From: Candidatus Micrarchaeota archaeon
Lineage (GTDB): Archaea > Micrarchaeota > Micrarchaeia > Micrarchaeales > CABMGC01
NCBI GenBank assembly: GCA_021797745.1
Contig: JAJZZD010000001.1
Location: 197,459 to 261,458, forward strand
Direction of reading: 5' to 3'
DNA: 64,000 nt
Shown one piece after another: positions 35,567 to 44,900 of this stretch. The position numbers and the translations under genes are program-made. The notes beneath the pieces were generated by a model that made no database searches, had not been told where the DNA came from, and saw only the letters and a list, made by a program, of their open reading frames with translations. How positions within the stretch are numbered: position 1 is the stretch's first letter; each line of letters starts with the position of its first letter.

Positions 35567-35899
35567 TTAATGTCCAAGGCGCCGATTTTGATCATTCACT
35601 GAACAAACTGTCCGGTTCTTTCTATGTTCTACTCTTAGCAAATACGATTTAGTACCTTCAACGGCATAAATCAATCTATATGGTTTAATGTAAACTATTC
35701 GTTCGCTTTTCAAATCAAATCTTAATGGCTTGCCAATGTCAGGATTTTCTACTATTTTTGCTATCTGCTTTTTGATTCTTTCTTTGAAAGAACTATCTTT
35801 CAGTTTCCTTACTTCTTCTTCTTTGAAAGAACTATCTTTCAGTTTCCTTACTTCTTCTTCGAAAGTATTAGTCCAGATAACTTCCGTTATAGCTACCAT
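35567..35899 (-). CDS. RelE/ParE-family toxin carrying an in-frame 13-aa tandem duplication
   Basis: 110 aa: ...FEEEVRKLKDSSFKEEEVRKLKDSSFKERIKKQIAKIVENPDIGKPL...YRLIYAVEG... Confidence 0.7.
   Translation of the reverse strand: MVAITEVIWTNTFEEEVRKLKDSSFKEEEVRKLKDSSFKERIKKQIAKIVENPDIGKPLRFDLKSERIVYIKPYRLIYAVEGTKSYLLRVEHRKNRTVCSVNDQNRRLGH
35782..35859. repeat. perfect 39-bp tandem duplication (2 copies) inside the RelE-like gene
   Basis: ctttgaaagaactatctttcagtttccttacttcttctt occurs at 35782-35820 and again at 35821-35859. Confidence 0.9.
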
Positions 35900-36165
35900 G
35901 TTGCCAGCTCCTTTAGGAAAGCATTCTTGCTTAGTTTATGGGAGTTGCCTGCTTCTATCTCACTCCAGGCCTTTCTTGCTTCTTCTAACTCCTCTAAATC
36001 TTCCTTAAGGATGGGATTATCGATTCTTTTTAGCAGAATAACCCTGCCCGTAGCCTTTAGTGCGAATAGTGTACCTTCCTTTATCTTCAATTTTGCCCTA
36101 ATTCTTTTAGGCAGTACAATCTGACCTTTTGAACTCATTTTAGTTACTTCAACTTCTGTTTCCAT
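35893..36165 (-). CDS. AbrB/MazE/SpoVT-family antitoxin
   Basis: 90 aa with KMSSKGQIVLPKRIRAKLKIKEGTLF. It overlaps the toxin start by 7 nt. Confidence 0.75.
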   Translation of the reverse strand: METEVEVTKMSSKGQIVLPKRIRAKLKIKEGTLFALKATGRVILLKRIDNPILKEDLEELEEARKAWSEIEAGNSHKLSKNAFLKELATW

Positions 36166-36278
36166 AATAGTAAGATAATCTTACTGATATAAAAATATAT
36201 GCCAACATGCGTCCCACGTCACGCGAGGATTAGTTTTAGCGCCAAATGATAGTATTTATGTCTAGAAATTAATCTACT

Positions 36279-36536
36279 TTACAGTAATTTATTGAATTCG
36301 TCTACTGACAAATCAACTTCTTTTATTATAGTCCTTACCATACCTCTTCCTATTGGCCTGTGCGCAGGAACCACAATCACGTTTTCAGGATTCCTTTCTC
36401 CAAAAACAGAAATATACTTGCCTTTGTTGTCAAGTTGCATTACAATATGACTACCGCGCTGATGGTTAATGACATATCCAATACTGACCAAAGCTTTGAG
36501 TACTTTATCATAGTTCAGAGGCAGAAGCCTAGACAC
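36279..36536 (-). CDS. hicA: HicA-family toxin
   Basis: 85 aa: ...KVLKALVSIGYVINHQRGSHIVM...VPAHRPIGRGMVRTIIKEVDLSVDEF. Confidence 0.7.
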   Translation of the reverse strand: MSRLLPLNYDKVLKALVSIGYVINHQRGSHIVMQLDNKGKYISVFGERNPENVIVVPAHRPIGRGMVRTIIKEVDLSVDEFNKLL

Positions 36537-36744
36537 TTACCTGCACCATCTCAACAGGGATAGGATCTCCGTGCTTTTTCAACGATTCAAGATATGCTTG
36601 TATTGCCTCTTTAACATTCTTCATAAGCTCTTTCTTGGTCTTACCCTCAGTCGCGCATCCTGGCAAATCAGGTACTTTAGCCACATACATGCCGTCTTCG
36701 TCTTTTTCCACTATTACTGTGAATCTAATTGTCATTGTTACCAT
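36529..36744 (-). CDS. hicB: HicB-family antitoxin (UPF0150-like)
   Basis: 71 aa: FTVIVEKDEDGMYVAKVPDLPGCATEGKTKKELMKNVKEAIQAYLE. It overlaps hicA by 8 nt. Confidence 0.7.
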   Translation of the reverse strand: MVTMTIRFTVIVEKDEDGMYVAKVPDLPGCATEGKTKKELMKNVKEAIQAYLESLKKHGDPIPVEMVQVSV

Positions 36745-36805
36745 TGTCTATTACTCAATGTGTGCTTATAATTATTGTGTTCGCCGCGCGTCTCTCGACC
36801 CAAGC

Positions 36806-36859
36806 TGCTTTTCTTTTTGTTTTGCGCTAAAGAGTTAGGTATTAGAATGGAGGCACAGG
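36806..36859. repeat. 54-bp direct repeat, copy A (contains a 12-nt copy of the tRNA-Val 3-prime end)
   Basis: tgcttttctttttgttttgcgctaaagagttaggtattagaatggaggcacagg is identical to 37613-37666. Confidence 0.9.
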
Positions 36860-36977
36860 TCATACGACGCAAGGTGAGGGTTATTTTTAGTGGCGAATGA
36901 TGGTAAATAATAGTAAATAATTTGTTAGAAATTTTCCTCCATTAACCTACGCGCCAAAGGCCAAAGTTGTAGGAACG

Positions 36978-36985
36978 TTTAAATA
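36978..36985 (+). promoter_or_regulatory. TATA-like box (tttaaata) upstream of the orphan ORF
   Basis: It lies 32 nt upstream of the ATG at 37017, consistent with a short or absent leader. Confidence 0.35.
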
Positions 36986-37016
36986 CCGAGAAAATTCAAT
37001 AAATATCTGCGATAAA

Positions 37017-37604
37017 ATGGCTATTAAAAAAGCACGAAAAATAGTTGAAGTATTATTCTCAGATGAACGTGTAGTTGCATCTGAAGCACAGAGCGTAATA
37101 CCAACGGGATACAGACAGGCTACTTTAGAAGAAGTTGCTTTGAGCTACAGATATGTTGCTACGTTTATACAGAAATTACATGATATAGGCCCGGCTTGGA
37201 CGTCAAAGAAAAGACTAAAAAGTTCAGAATATCAGCAAATACACGATGATGGATCACAGTCAAAGATAGATAGAGATACCTACTACTCACTTCCTCCAGA
37301 AAAGAGATCATATCACTATCCCGGAAGCGGCTCTGTGGCCGTGGGCGTCTACGACTACGACGACTGGAACAGGAGGTTGAGCGTTGACGCTGACGTCAGG
37401 GCTTCCGACGGTGCGCGGGTGGCATACGTGAAAGCCGAGCCAAGCCAACGTGTTTCGAATGGTGCCGAGTATATTCCAAAGAAGATTGTTAGTGCTGCCG
37501 AAAAGCAGCTAGCACAACTCGAAGGGAGCCCTCTAATAAACCAAGGACAGGTTTCTGCATTGAGGACACTTGTAGATGTGGCTAAGAGGCAGAAGCGTCA
37601 GTAA
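37017..37604 (+). CDS. hypothetical protein (orphan, bracketed by the 54-bp direct repeats)
   Basis: 195-aa ORF. Its central part is visibly more GC-rich than its neighbours. No family recognised. Confidence 0.5.
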   Translation: MAIKKARKIVEVLFSDERVVASEAQSVIPTGYRQATLEEVALSYRYVATFIQKLHDIGPAWTSKKRLKSSEYQQIHDDGSQSKIDRDTYYSLPPEKRSYHYPGSGSVAVGVYDYDDWNRRLSVDADVRASDGARVAYVKAEPSQRVSNGAEYIPKKIVSAAEKQLAQLEGSPLINQGQVSALRTLVDVAKRQKRQ

Positions 37605-37612
37605 TAAAATAA

Positions 37613-37666
37613 TGCTTTTCTTTTTGTTTTGCGCTAAAGAGTTAGGTATTAGAATGGAGGCACAGG
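37613..37666. repeat. 54-bp direct repeat, copy B (overlaps the 3-prime end of tRNA-Val)
   Basis: Identical to 36806-36859. Its last 12 nt are the reverse complement of the tRNA acceptor 3-prime strand. Confidence 0.9.
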
Positions 37667-37725
37667 GAATCGGACCCAGGCTTGCGCCGTGTAAAGGCGC
37701 CGTCCTACCATTAGACTATGCCTCC
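37655..37725 (-). tRNA. tRNA-Val(UAC)
   Basis: Hand fold. GGAGGCA-TA-GTCT-AATGGTA-GGAC-G-GCGCC-TTTACAC-GGCGC-AAGC-CTGGG-TCCGATT-CCCTG-TGCCTCC-A. In my fold the T arm has a T-T mismatch and an unusual TCCGATT loop. Confidence 0.7.
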
Positions 37726-37730
37726 TTATT

Positions 37731-39026
37731 TTATCTTGCATGTGCTTTGCAGAATTCGTTTATTTTATTAATTGCATCTGCTAATATTTCTTTTGTTGCC
37801 GCTGAAACCAGTCTTGCATGCCCTTCTGATCCGAATCCCTTGCCGCTTGTGAGGTAAACCCCTTTTTCCTTAAGCAGCTTTTCCACAAATGCTCCGCTGC
37901 TCCTTAGATTCAATTGCTTAATGTCTATTTTGGGAAATATGTAAAACGCCCCGCGCGGTTCTATTGCGTGCACATACTCGTTTTCATTCAGCAGCTTCGT
38001 GGCAAAGTGCACCCTGTTTTCTATGCTTGCAACCATCTTCCTCAACGCCTTTTCGTGCGCTTTTCTGTTGTTTATTGCATCTGCAAAAGCATACTGAGCA
38101 GGCGTGTTTGCGCTTAGCCGCATATCGCAGAAGTCAGTAAATTTCTTTCTCAACTCATTGCTTAGTTTGTCTTCCTCTGGCAGCACCATGTATCCTATTC
38201 TTATCCCGGGCGCGTCAAATACCTTTGACGCACCGTTAAGTATCATGTGCGGTATTCCTTTTGCCAATTGAGCTATGCTTGTGAACTTGGCGCCATTGTA
38301 CACTATTTCATCATAAATTTCATCGCTTATTAGGAATATGCCATGGTCTTTAGCAAATTCCACAACATCTTCCAATGTTTTCCGGTCAAGCACGCTGCCT
38401 GTTGGATTGTTCGGGTTCGTTATGAGCATGTACTTTACCTTGCGCGCCATGCCTCTGTTCTTTCTGAACATGCTTTCTATTTTGTCCCTATCAAGATCCC
38501 AGTTGCGGCTTTCATCATAATCGTGTACATATACTGTACCTCCGTAAAACCTGAGGAATGGCATGTATGAAGAGTAATAGGGCTTGAACATGAGCGCAGC
38601 GTCTCCGTAGTTTATCATGGCTGCATTCATGAAGTTTAATGCCTCGCTTACTCCCTGAGTGACAATGGCTTTTTCAGGGCCAAATCGCACGCCATAAAGC
38701 CTTTTGTACCTGTTCGATATCGCTTCCCTGAGCTCGTTTATGCCGGTTGGCTGAGCATAAAACGTCTTACCAGATTTCAATGACTTTACATAAGCGTCTA
38801 TGAAATATTTCGGCGTTTTGAAGTATATCGCCAGATCTCCTCTATTAAGCCAGATGACCTTTTTACCCTTTTTTTCAATCGACCTCGCAAGAGCGTCATA
38901 CTCATGCAGAGGCGCGTAAGCGAATCTGCTTCTTTCCGACAAGAAATTTGTTTGCTTTTTCAAGTATTCACCATTTTTCAGTCTTGATTTGTTTCGCTCT
39001 TTATTTTTCAGCAAACTCTGCTTCAT
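37731..39026 (-). CDS. class I/II PLP-dependent aminotransferase (aspartate/alanine type)
   Basis: 431 aa with NPNNPTGSV, SDEIYDEIVY and SKVFDAPGIRIGY (PLP lysine). Confidence 0.8.
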   Translation of the reverse strand: MKQSLLKNKERNKSRLKNGEYLKKQTNFLSERSRFAYAPLHEYDALARSIEKKGKKVIWLNRGDLAIYFKTPKYFIDAYVKSLKSGKTFYAQPTGINELREAISNRYKRLYGVRFGPEKAIVTQGVSEALNFMNAAMINYGDAALMFKPYYSSYMPFLRFYGGTVYVHDYDESRNWDLDRDKIESMFRKNRGMARKVKYMLITNPNNPTGSVLDRKTLEDVVEFAKDHGIFLISDEIYDEIVYNGAKFTSIAQLAKGIPHMILNGASKVFDAPGIRIGYMVLPEEDKLSNELRKKFTDFCDMRLSANTPAQYAFADAINNRKAHEKALRKMVASIENRVHFATKLLNENEYVHAIEPRGAFYIFPKIDIKQLNLRSSGAFVEKLLKEKGVYLTSGKGFGSEGHARLVSAATKEILADAINKINEFCKAHAR

Positions 39027-39666
39027 CTATTATGTATCTGCCTATATTGTGCTGTAAAACTTTATGTGCCTTCTTTATTTCAATCTTTTTCTTGAAAAGC
39101 GGCGCGTCAAGAACGAAGCTCTCGGCCTCGCCGCCCTCGAAGAGCATATTTATCTGATATTTTTTGTGCACTTCCTCGAGCCTTTTTATCATTTTTTTGT
39201 CTATTCTTTCTCCCAGGAAAGTTTCGTCAAGGCCCTCTGCCGATACCGATGTTATTATTGCAGTGTATTTCTCGGCTATTTCGTTCAATTCAGTAATCGG
39301 GTCTATATGCCATAGCGGAGCAACGTTCTCTATTTTATTCCTTTTCGCTATCGCCGCAATCCTGTCAAACTGGTATTTGCTGTACGTGGCTCCTGTCACA
39401 AGCAGTTTTACATTATTTTTAACAAGCACCTCTTCGAGATCTTTTAGCTCCTCTTCCTTTACACCTTCAGTGTATGCGAAGATGTGCTTGAGTCCCATTG
39501 CTTCTGCCTGAATTTCCGTAAGGTCCACATTTGGCCAGTGGAACATGTAGCTTTCTTCACTCGTGGGCTTTATCGTTATCAGTGCATCTATATTGACGCC
39601 TGACTCAATTGCCTTGTGGAGTGCAAGCGTAGAGTCTTTGCCCCCGCTGAATAAACATGCGTTCAT
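39001..39666 (-). CDS. dph6: diphthine-ammonia ligase-like ATP pyrophosphatase (Dph6 / MJ0570 family)
   Basis: 221 aa with the PP-loop MNACLFSGGKDSTLALHKA. Confidence 0.75.
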   Translation of the reverse strand: MNACLFSGGKDSTLALHKAIESGVNIDALITIKPTSEESYMFHWPNVDLTEIQAEAMGLKHIFAYTEGVKEEELKDLEEVLVKNNVKLLVTGATYSKYQFDRIAAIAKRNKIENVAPLWHIDPITELNEIAEKYTAIITSVSAEGLDETFLGERIDKKMIKRLEEVHKKYQINMLFEGGEAESFVLDAPLFKKKIEIKKAHKVLQHNIGRYIIDEAEFAEK

Positions 39667-39835
39667 TAAATACCTTTCTAATTTACATTTTTAATATTTG
39701 AATCTTCTTTCGTACTCTTTATGCGAGAACCACTCTGAAATCACTGATACAATTTCTATATTATTCCCTCGTAGAGTATGAACCAATCGCCAGCCTTCAG
39801 GTAAATTAAGCTTCCTTAAATTATCTATTGAAAAC

Positions 39836-40129
39836 TCACGATTCCAAACCCTTTCCCCTGGATTCTTTTATTCTTTCTGGATTCCATAGCCAAGTAACGG
39901 TTTTGTCCTTTTCAACGTATACCTTTCCAGAATATTCCAAGTAGTCTATGACAGTAATATAAGTATTCCACATAACCTTCTTAGGCAACAATCGCCATAT
40001 TTGAGCCACAGTTTTATCGCTTTTGTATTTGTAGAGCGCTTTCTCTATCATTAATACTGTATCCAGCGTAGGAGACCGCGCTAGCTTATTGGGTTTGAAT
40101 ACCGCCATCTGCTTCTGCATATGTATCAA
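39836..40129 (-). CDS. hypothetical protein
   Basis: 97-aa ORF, followed in another frame by a RelE-like C-terminal remnant (see findings). Confidence 0.4.
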   Translation of the reverse strand: MIHMQKQMAVFKPNKLARSPTLDTVLMIEKALYKYKSDKTVAQIWRLLPKKVMWNTYITVIDYLEYSGKVYVEKDKTVTWLWNPERIKESRGKGLES

Positions 40130-40300
40130 ATGATATAGTAATCAATTGATATGTAGATTACTGTCTTTGGATAGGTGCGGCATGCATATCGCAGGTCCAC
40201 TAACTTGGCGACTTGGCTGCCAAATTCGCCTACGCTGTTTTATCGGCAACATAAACAGCCGCGAATAAAAGGTTAATAATTTCGCAGTAGATTAAATTTA

Positions 40301-40552
40301 TTGGATGATTTTATGGTATATGAACCCGAAGGAAAAGGAAAGCTTGTAGGAGATTATGCAAAAATGGAGAAAATGGCCACTGACATAGGCAAAATGCAGA
40401 ATGACCTGCTTATCGCAAAGAAGAAATTAGCAAAGGAGCCAAATCTTGACTTTACTGCAGAGCTTATGTCAGAACTTGATTATATTTATAAAAATCTGGG
40501 AGATGCAGCTACGAGATTGGAGCGCGCCAGGAAAATGCTTAAAGAATTATGA
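40301..40552 (+). CDS. hypothetical small helical protein
   Basis: 83-aa ORF with TTG start or ATG at 40313. Charged, coiled-coil-like composition. Confidence 0.35.
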   Translation: MDDFMVYEPEGKGKLVGDYAKMEKMATDIGKMQNDLLIAKKKLAKEPNLDFTAELMSELDYIYKNLGDAATRLERARKMLKEL

Positions 40553-40561
40553 ACGGCTTGC

Positions 40562-41182
40562 CTATGCGTTCTCCCTTTCCAGTTTCTTCTTCGTGTGCTT
40601 CAGAGCGGAGAACGTGTCCCTGTCCAATTCCTCGAGACGCATGGCTATGTACTTTTCCTGCGCCTTCATTCTTGGAATTACCACGTAATCGAGCGCGTTC
40701 ACCCTTCTCTTTGTCTTGTCTATTTCCATTACCAGCTTCTTTAGCCCCTGTTCCATCTGCGCAACGTCTATTATAGAGTTTATTACTTCTGTGAATGCGC
40801 TGTTGACGTCGTCGACAGCCGCGTTTGTAGAAAGAAGGTTGTAAGGCAGCGTCTCTGCCTCTGTCTTTTCTATCTCTGGTATTTTTACTCCCATTATGTT
40901 CTTTATGCGCATGCCTATCGGATTCCTCTTGTTTATCTGCATAGCCATTTCCTCAAGCTCGAAGTTGCCAACGTAAACGTTCGCTATCTTCACTCTTTCG
41001 TAAGCGTCAGAGAGTATCGCGTAAAGCTTGCTCCTGCCTGTCTTCGACTGCTTCAGCAGCTTTAGGAATTCCATCACCAGCACTTCCCTTTTCTTTTTCA
41101 GAATGTCGTATCCTTTCCTTGCCTGAACTGCGGATTTCCTCAGGTTTATCAGGTTTATCCTTGTAGGGTTTATCTGCGGCAT
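40562..41182 (-). CDS. atpD: A-type ATP synthase subunit D
   Basis: 206 aa: MPQINPTRINLINLRKSAVQARKGYDILKKKREVL... Last gene of the operon. Confidence 0.9.
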   Translation of the reverse strand: MPQINPTRINLINLRKSAVQARKGYDILKKKREVLVMEFLKLLKQSKTGRSKLYAILSDAYERVKIANVYVGNFELEEMAMQINKRNPIGMRIKNIMGVKIPEIEKTEAETLPYNLLSTNAAVDDVNSAFTEVINSIIDVAQMEQGLKKLVMEIDKTKRRVNALDYVVIPRMKAQEKYIAMRLEELDRDTFSALKHTKKKLERENA

Positions 41183-41260
41183 TTCAACACTTCACATTTC
41201 GTACTTCGCGTTTCACTTCTTACCTTACTTCTTATTTCATTTCTTATTACACTTATTATC

Positions 41261-42667
41261 TCACTTCTTCTCAACTGCTTCATCCTCTTTTTTCCTCTTG
41301 TAGTATTTCTCCACATGCTCTTTCTTGATTCTCGTGAGGTGCTCTTCCGGAAGTGCGGACAGAAGCTCCCAGCCTAGGTCCAATGTCTGGAATATGTCCC
41401 TTCTTTCATAGAATCCCTGCTTAAGGAACCTGTTCTCGAAATCATCTCCGAACTTCAAATAGTCCTTGTCTTCTTGGCTCAGCGCCTCTGTTCCCACTAT
41501 TGAGCTCAGGCTTTTTGCTTCCTGAGACCTTGCGTAAGCCCCGAACAGCTGATCTGCCACGCCTCTGTGGTCCTCCCTCGTTTTCCCTGCTCCTATCCCG
41601 TTGTTCATTAGCCTGGAGAGGCTGGGAAGCGGGTTTATTGGCGGGTATATGTTTTTGTTTGCCAGGTCCCTGCTCAGATAAATCTGGCCCTCTGTTATGT
41701 AGCCTGTTAAGTCAGGTATTGGATGAGTTATGTCGTCACCGGGCATTGTCACGACATTGAGCTGCGTTATGCTGCCCTTTTTGCCTCTTATTATTCCTGC
41801 ACGCTCGAATATGCTTGCGAGGTCAGTGTACATGTAACCAGGGTATCCTCTTCTGCCTGGCACCTCTTCCCTTGCGCTCGAGAGTTCGCGCAAAGCCTCT
41901 GCATAGTTTGTCATGTCGTTCAATATCACAAGAACGTGCATGTCTTTTTTGTATGCCAAAAATTCCGCTGTAGTGAGCGCTATCCTAGGCGTAATTATTC
42001 TCTCAATGCTCGGGTCGTCTGCAAGGTTGATGAATGCGACTGTCTTGCTCAATGCACCTGTTTTCCTGAACTCGTTCGTGAAATAAAGATAGTCGTCGTA
42101 CGTTATGCCTATGCCTGCAAACACTACTGCGAAGCTTTCCTCCTTATTCCTTACGCTCGCCTGCCTTGTGATTTGCGCCACTAGCCTGTTGTGCTGGAGC
42201 CCTGATGATGAAAACAGAGGCAGCTTCTGTCCTCTAACCAGGGTGTTCATCCCGTCTATCGAAGAAATGCCCGTTTCTATGAAGTCGCTTGGAACTGCCC
42301 TTGCTGTTGGATTCATCGGTTCCCCGTTTATGTCAAGCTTTTCCTCATATGCTATCTTGCTTCCACCGTCCCTTGGCTCTCCCTTGCCGTCGAAAATGCG
42401 GCCGAGCATCCCCTCGCTCACACCTGTGTTAAATGTATCTCCAAGGAAACTGACGCTCGTGCTTTTTATGTTTATTCCGTTGGTTGGTCCAAAAACCTGC
42501 ACGATCGCATGCTCCCTGCTTGTGTCTAGCACCTGGCCCAGCCTGATCTCGCCGTTCTGCAGTTTTATTTTCACTATTTCATTATACGCGGCTTTTCCTA
42601 CCTTGCCCACGACAACAAGCGGTCCTGCAACGCTTTCTATCGAACTGTATTCAACTTCAAATTTCAT
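41261..42667 (-). CDS. atpB: A-type ATP synthase subunit B
   Basis: 468 aa with full-length similarity to the regulatory B subunit (...[15 protein letters not shown]...). Confidence 0.95.
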   Translation of the reverse strand: MKFEVEYSSIESVAGPLVVVGKVGKAAYNEIVKIKLQNGEIRLGQVLDTSREHAIVQVFGPTNGINIKSTSVSFLGDTFNTGVSEGMLGRIFDGKGEPRDGGSKIAYEEKLDINGEPMNPTARAVPSDFIETGISSIDGMNTLVRGQKLPLFSSSGLQHNRLVAQITRQASVRNKEESFAVVFAGIGITYDDYLYFTNEFRKTGALSKTVAFINLADDPSIERIITPRIALTTAEFLAYKKDMHVLVILNDMTNYAEALRELSSAREEVPGRRGYPGYMYTDLASIFERAGIIRGKKGSITQLNVVTMPGDDITHPIPDLTGYITEGQIYLSRDLANKNIYPPINPLPSLSRLMNNGIGAGKTREDHRGVADQLFGAYARSQEAKSLSSIVGTEALSQEDKDYLKFGDDFENRFLKQGFYERRDIFQTLDLGWELLSALPEEHLTRIKKEHVEKYYKRKKEDEAVEKK

Positions 42668-42675
42668 AAGAACAC

Positions 42676-44484
42676 CTATTTATTTTCCTCAGCGGCAACC
42701 TTCTGTTCTGCTTTATTTCCAGTTTCCGGCTGCTGGCCCAGTATGAGCGCTTTTACCTCGCCGTCTATCTGCTTCCTTATCTCGGAACACGATTTTTCGA
42801 TATCCTGTTCCTTTATGTCCTTGATTCTTCCCAATGCAGTGCGCGATTTCATCTTCTGGATTGAATCTATTTTTGCGCCGCTCGCTATGAGCTCGTTTAT
42901 TTTCCTGCCATAGTAAAGGATTGTGCTTAGCATTAGACTTTGTTTCTTCATGCTCGTGTATGCATCTACCTCGTCGAATGCGCTCTGCCTCAAAAAGCTC
43001 TCCCTTATCATTCTTCCCAGTTCCAGTACCGCGCGCTGATTATCAGGAAGCGCGTCTTCCCCTACTAACTGCACTATGTTCTTCAGTTCAGCCTCAGTTT
43101 GCAGCACCCGCATGGCCTCGTCCCTGTCCGAGGTGAACGTTTCCGAGACATGTTCAGTGTACCACTTTTCCAGCTGCTCAGTATACAGAGAATAGCTTCT
43201 CAGCCAGTCTATTGCAGGGAAGTGCCTTGAGTACGCGAGTGCGGAGTCGAGTGACCAGAACGTTTTCACCACGCGCAGCGTTCCCTGCGACACAGGCTCT
43301 GAAAGGTCACCTCCGGGCGGAGACACAGCGCTGACAAGCGTAGCCGAGCCTATTTTACCAGACAAAGCCACCACCTTTCCCGCCCTTTCGTAATATTCTG
43401 CCAATCGCTTAGCAAGGTATGCAGGGTATCCTTCTTCTCCAGGCATCTCCTCGAGCCTGGCGGATATTTCCCTCATTGCCTCCGCCCATCTCGAAGTTGA
43501 ATCGGCCATAACAGCTACATTGTAACCCATATCTCTGAAGTATTCTGCAATCGTTATGCCCGTGTATATGCTGGCTTCGCGGGCAGCGACCGGCATGTTG
43601 CTTGTGTTCGCTATCAGAACAGTCCTCTCCATGAGCGGCAGTCCGCTCTTTGGGTCCTTGAGCTCCGGGAATTCGTTAAGCACGTCGCTCATCTCGTTTC
43701 CGCGCTCTCCGCAGCCCACATACACGACTATGTCAGCGTCGCTCCACTTGGCAAGCTGGTGCTCGAAAACCGTTTTGCCAGTTCCGAATCCGCCAGGTAT
43801 TGCCGCCACTCCTCCCTTTGCCACGGGGAAAAACGTGTCGCTGATTCTCTGGCCTGTTATCAGCGGCTCATTTGTCTCAACCTTCTTCTGGAATTTGGCT
43901 GCTTTCCTTGCAGACCTCTTCTGCATCATCGTTATTTTTATTTTGTTTTCATTCTTTCCTGTTTTGACCTCCGCGACGGTTTCCTCGACAGTGAAATTGC
44001 CTTCTTTTATGCTTTCAATTGTTCCTTCGATGCCTTCGGGGATGAGTATGTAATGCTTAACAAGGCCTGTTTCCTGCACATAGCCTATTATGCTGCCCTC
44101 GCCTATGCGCGCGCCTTTTTTGGCAGTAGGTATGAATTTCCATTTCTTCTTCCTGTCTATCGGGTCTGCGACTATGCCTCTTCCTATGAAGTCGCCGCTC
44201 TTTTTCTTTATGACTTCCAAAGGTCTTTGGATTCCATCGTATATGTTCTTCATTATGCCTGGACCCAGTTCGACAGACAAAGGCAGGAACGTCGATTCTA
44301 CCGGCTCTTCAGGCGTAAGGCCTGAGGTATCTTCATACACCTGCACAACTGCCTTGTCCCCCCTGAGCTGGATTATCTCACCGATCAGCTTGTCCTTTCC
44401 TACCTTCACCACGTCATACATGCTGCTTCCGAGCATGCCATAAGCTATCACGAGCGGCCCTGAAATTCTTTCTATAGCTCCCAA
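42676..44484 (-). CDS. atpA: A-type ATP synthase catalytic subunit A
   Basis: 602 aa with P-loop [10 protein letters not shown] and ...[10 protein letters not shown]... No intein-sized insertion. Confidence 0.95.
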   Translation of the reverse strand: MGAIERISGPLVIAYGMLGSSMYDVVKVGKDKLIGEIIQLRGDKAVVQVYEDTSGLTPEEPVESTFLPLSVELGPGIMKNIYDGIQRPLEVIKKKSGDFIGRGIVADPIDRKKKWKFIPTAKKGARIGEGSIIGYVQETGLVKHYILIPEGIEGTIESIKEGNFTVEETVAEVKTGKNENKIKITMMQKRSARKAAKFQKKVETNEPLITGQRISDTFFPVAKGGVAAIPGGFGTGKTVFEHQLAKWSDADIVVYVGCGERGNEMSDVLNEFPELKDPKSGLPLMERTVLIANTSNMPVAAREASIYTGITIAEYFRDMGYNVAVMADSTSRWAEAMREISARLEEMPGEEGYPAYLAKRLAEYYERAGKVVALSGKIGSATLVSAVSPPGGDLSEPVSQGTLRVVKTFWSLDSALAYSRHFPAIDWLRSYSLYTEQLEKWYTEHVSETFTSDRDEAMRVLQTEAELKNIVQLVGEDALPDNQRAVLELGRMIRESFLRQSAFDEVDAYTSMKKQSLMLSTILYYGRKINELIASGAKIDSIQKMKSRTALGRIKDIKEQDIEKSCSEIRKQIDGEVKALILGQQPETGNKAEQKVAAEENK

Positions 44485-44552
44485 TCAATCACCAATTCCT
44501 AATTCATAATTCTTAATTCTTGATTCATAATTGTAAAATAATAGGTCATAAA

Positions 44553-44900
44553 TCATATGTTCGCACCGACGTCAATTCCTATCGCCCTCATGATAAGAGT
44601 CCTGAGCGTTTCCTCGTATGTTGTCTGTTCGTCGTAATCGGGTATCTCCACTACAAGTGGCATTGTGCTTATTGAAAGTTCCTCCTTAAGTTTCCTGTTG
44701 CGTATCGCTTTCGCTATTTTAGAAGTAACTATCAATATCCCGACATCGTCTTTTTTCATGTCCGCCTCCAATTCCTTTTCTGCTTCGTCCATGTTTTCAG
44801 GTGCGTGCGTTTCGACAACGCCGGCAAGCTTAGCTCCGAGCGAAAGCTCCTTGCTTCCCACTACGACAATGTGATATTTTTTTTCGCCTACTGTTTCCAT
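44553..44900 (-). CDS. atpF: A-type ATP synthase subunit F
   Basis: 115 aa: IVVVGSKELSLGAKLAGV... Assigned partly by position in the operon. Confidence 0.85.
   Translation of the reverse strand: METVGEKKYHIVVVGSKELSLGAKLAGVVETHAPENMDEAEKELEADMKKDDVGILIVTSKIAKAIRNRKLKEELSISTMPLVVEIPDYDEQTTYEETLRTLIMRAIGIDVGANI

Noticed and set aside
41183-41260. Quasi-periodic cacttc/acttc motifs in the atpB-atpD spacer and aattc/taatt motifs in the atpF-atpA spacer (44485-44552); considered as a regulatory repeat or small RNA
   Set aside because: They are short, imperfect, low-complexity runs confined to intra-operon spacers. On the coding strand they are purine-rich stretches compatible with ribosome-binding or spacer sequence. 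There is no stable secondary structure or exact repeat.
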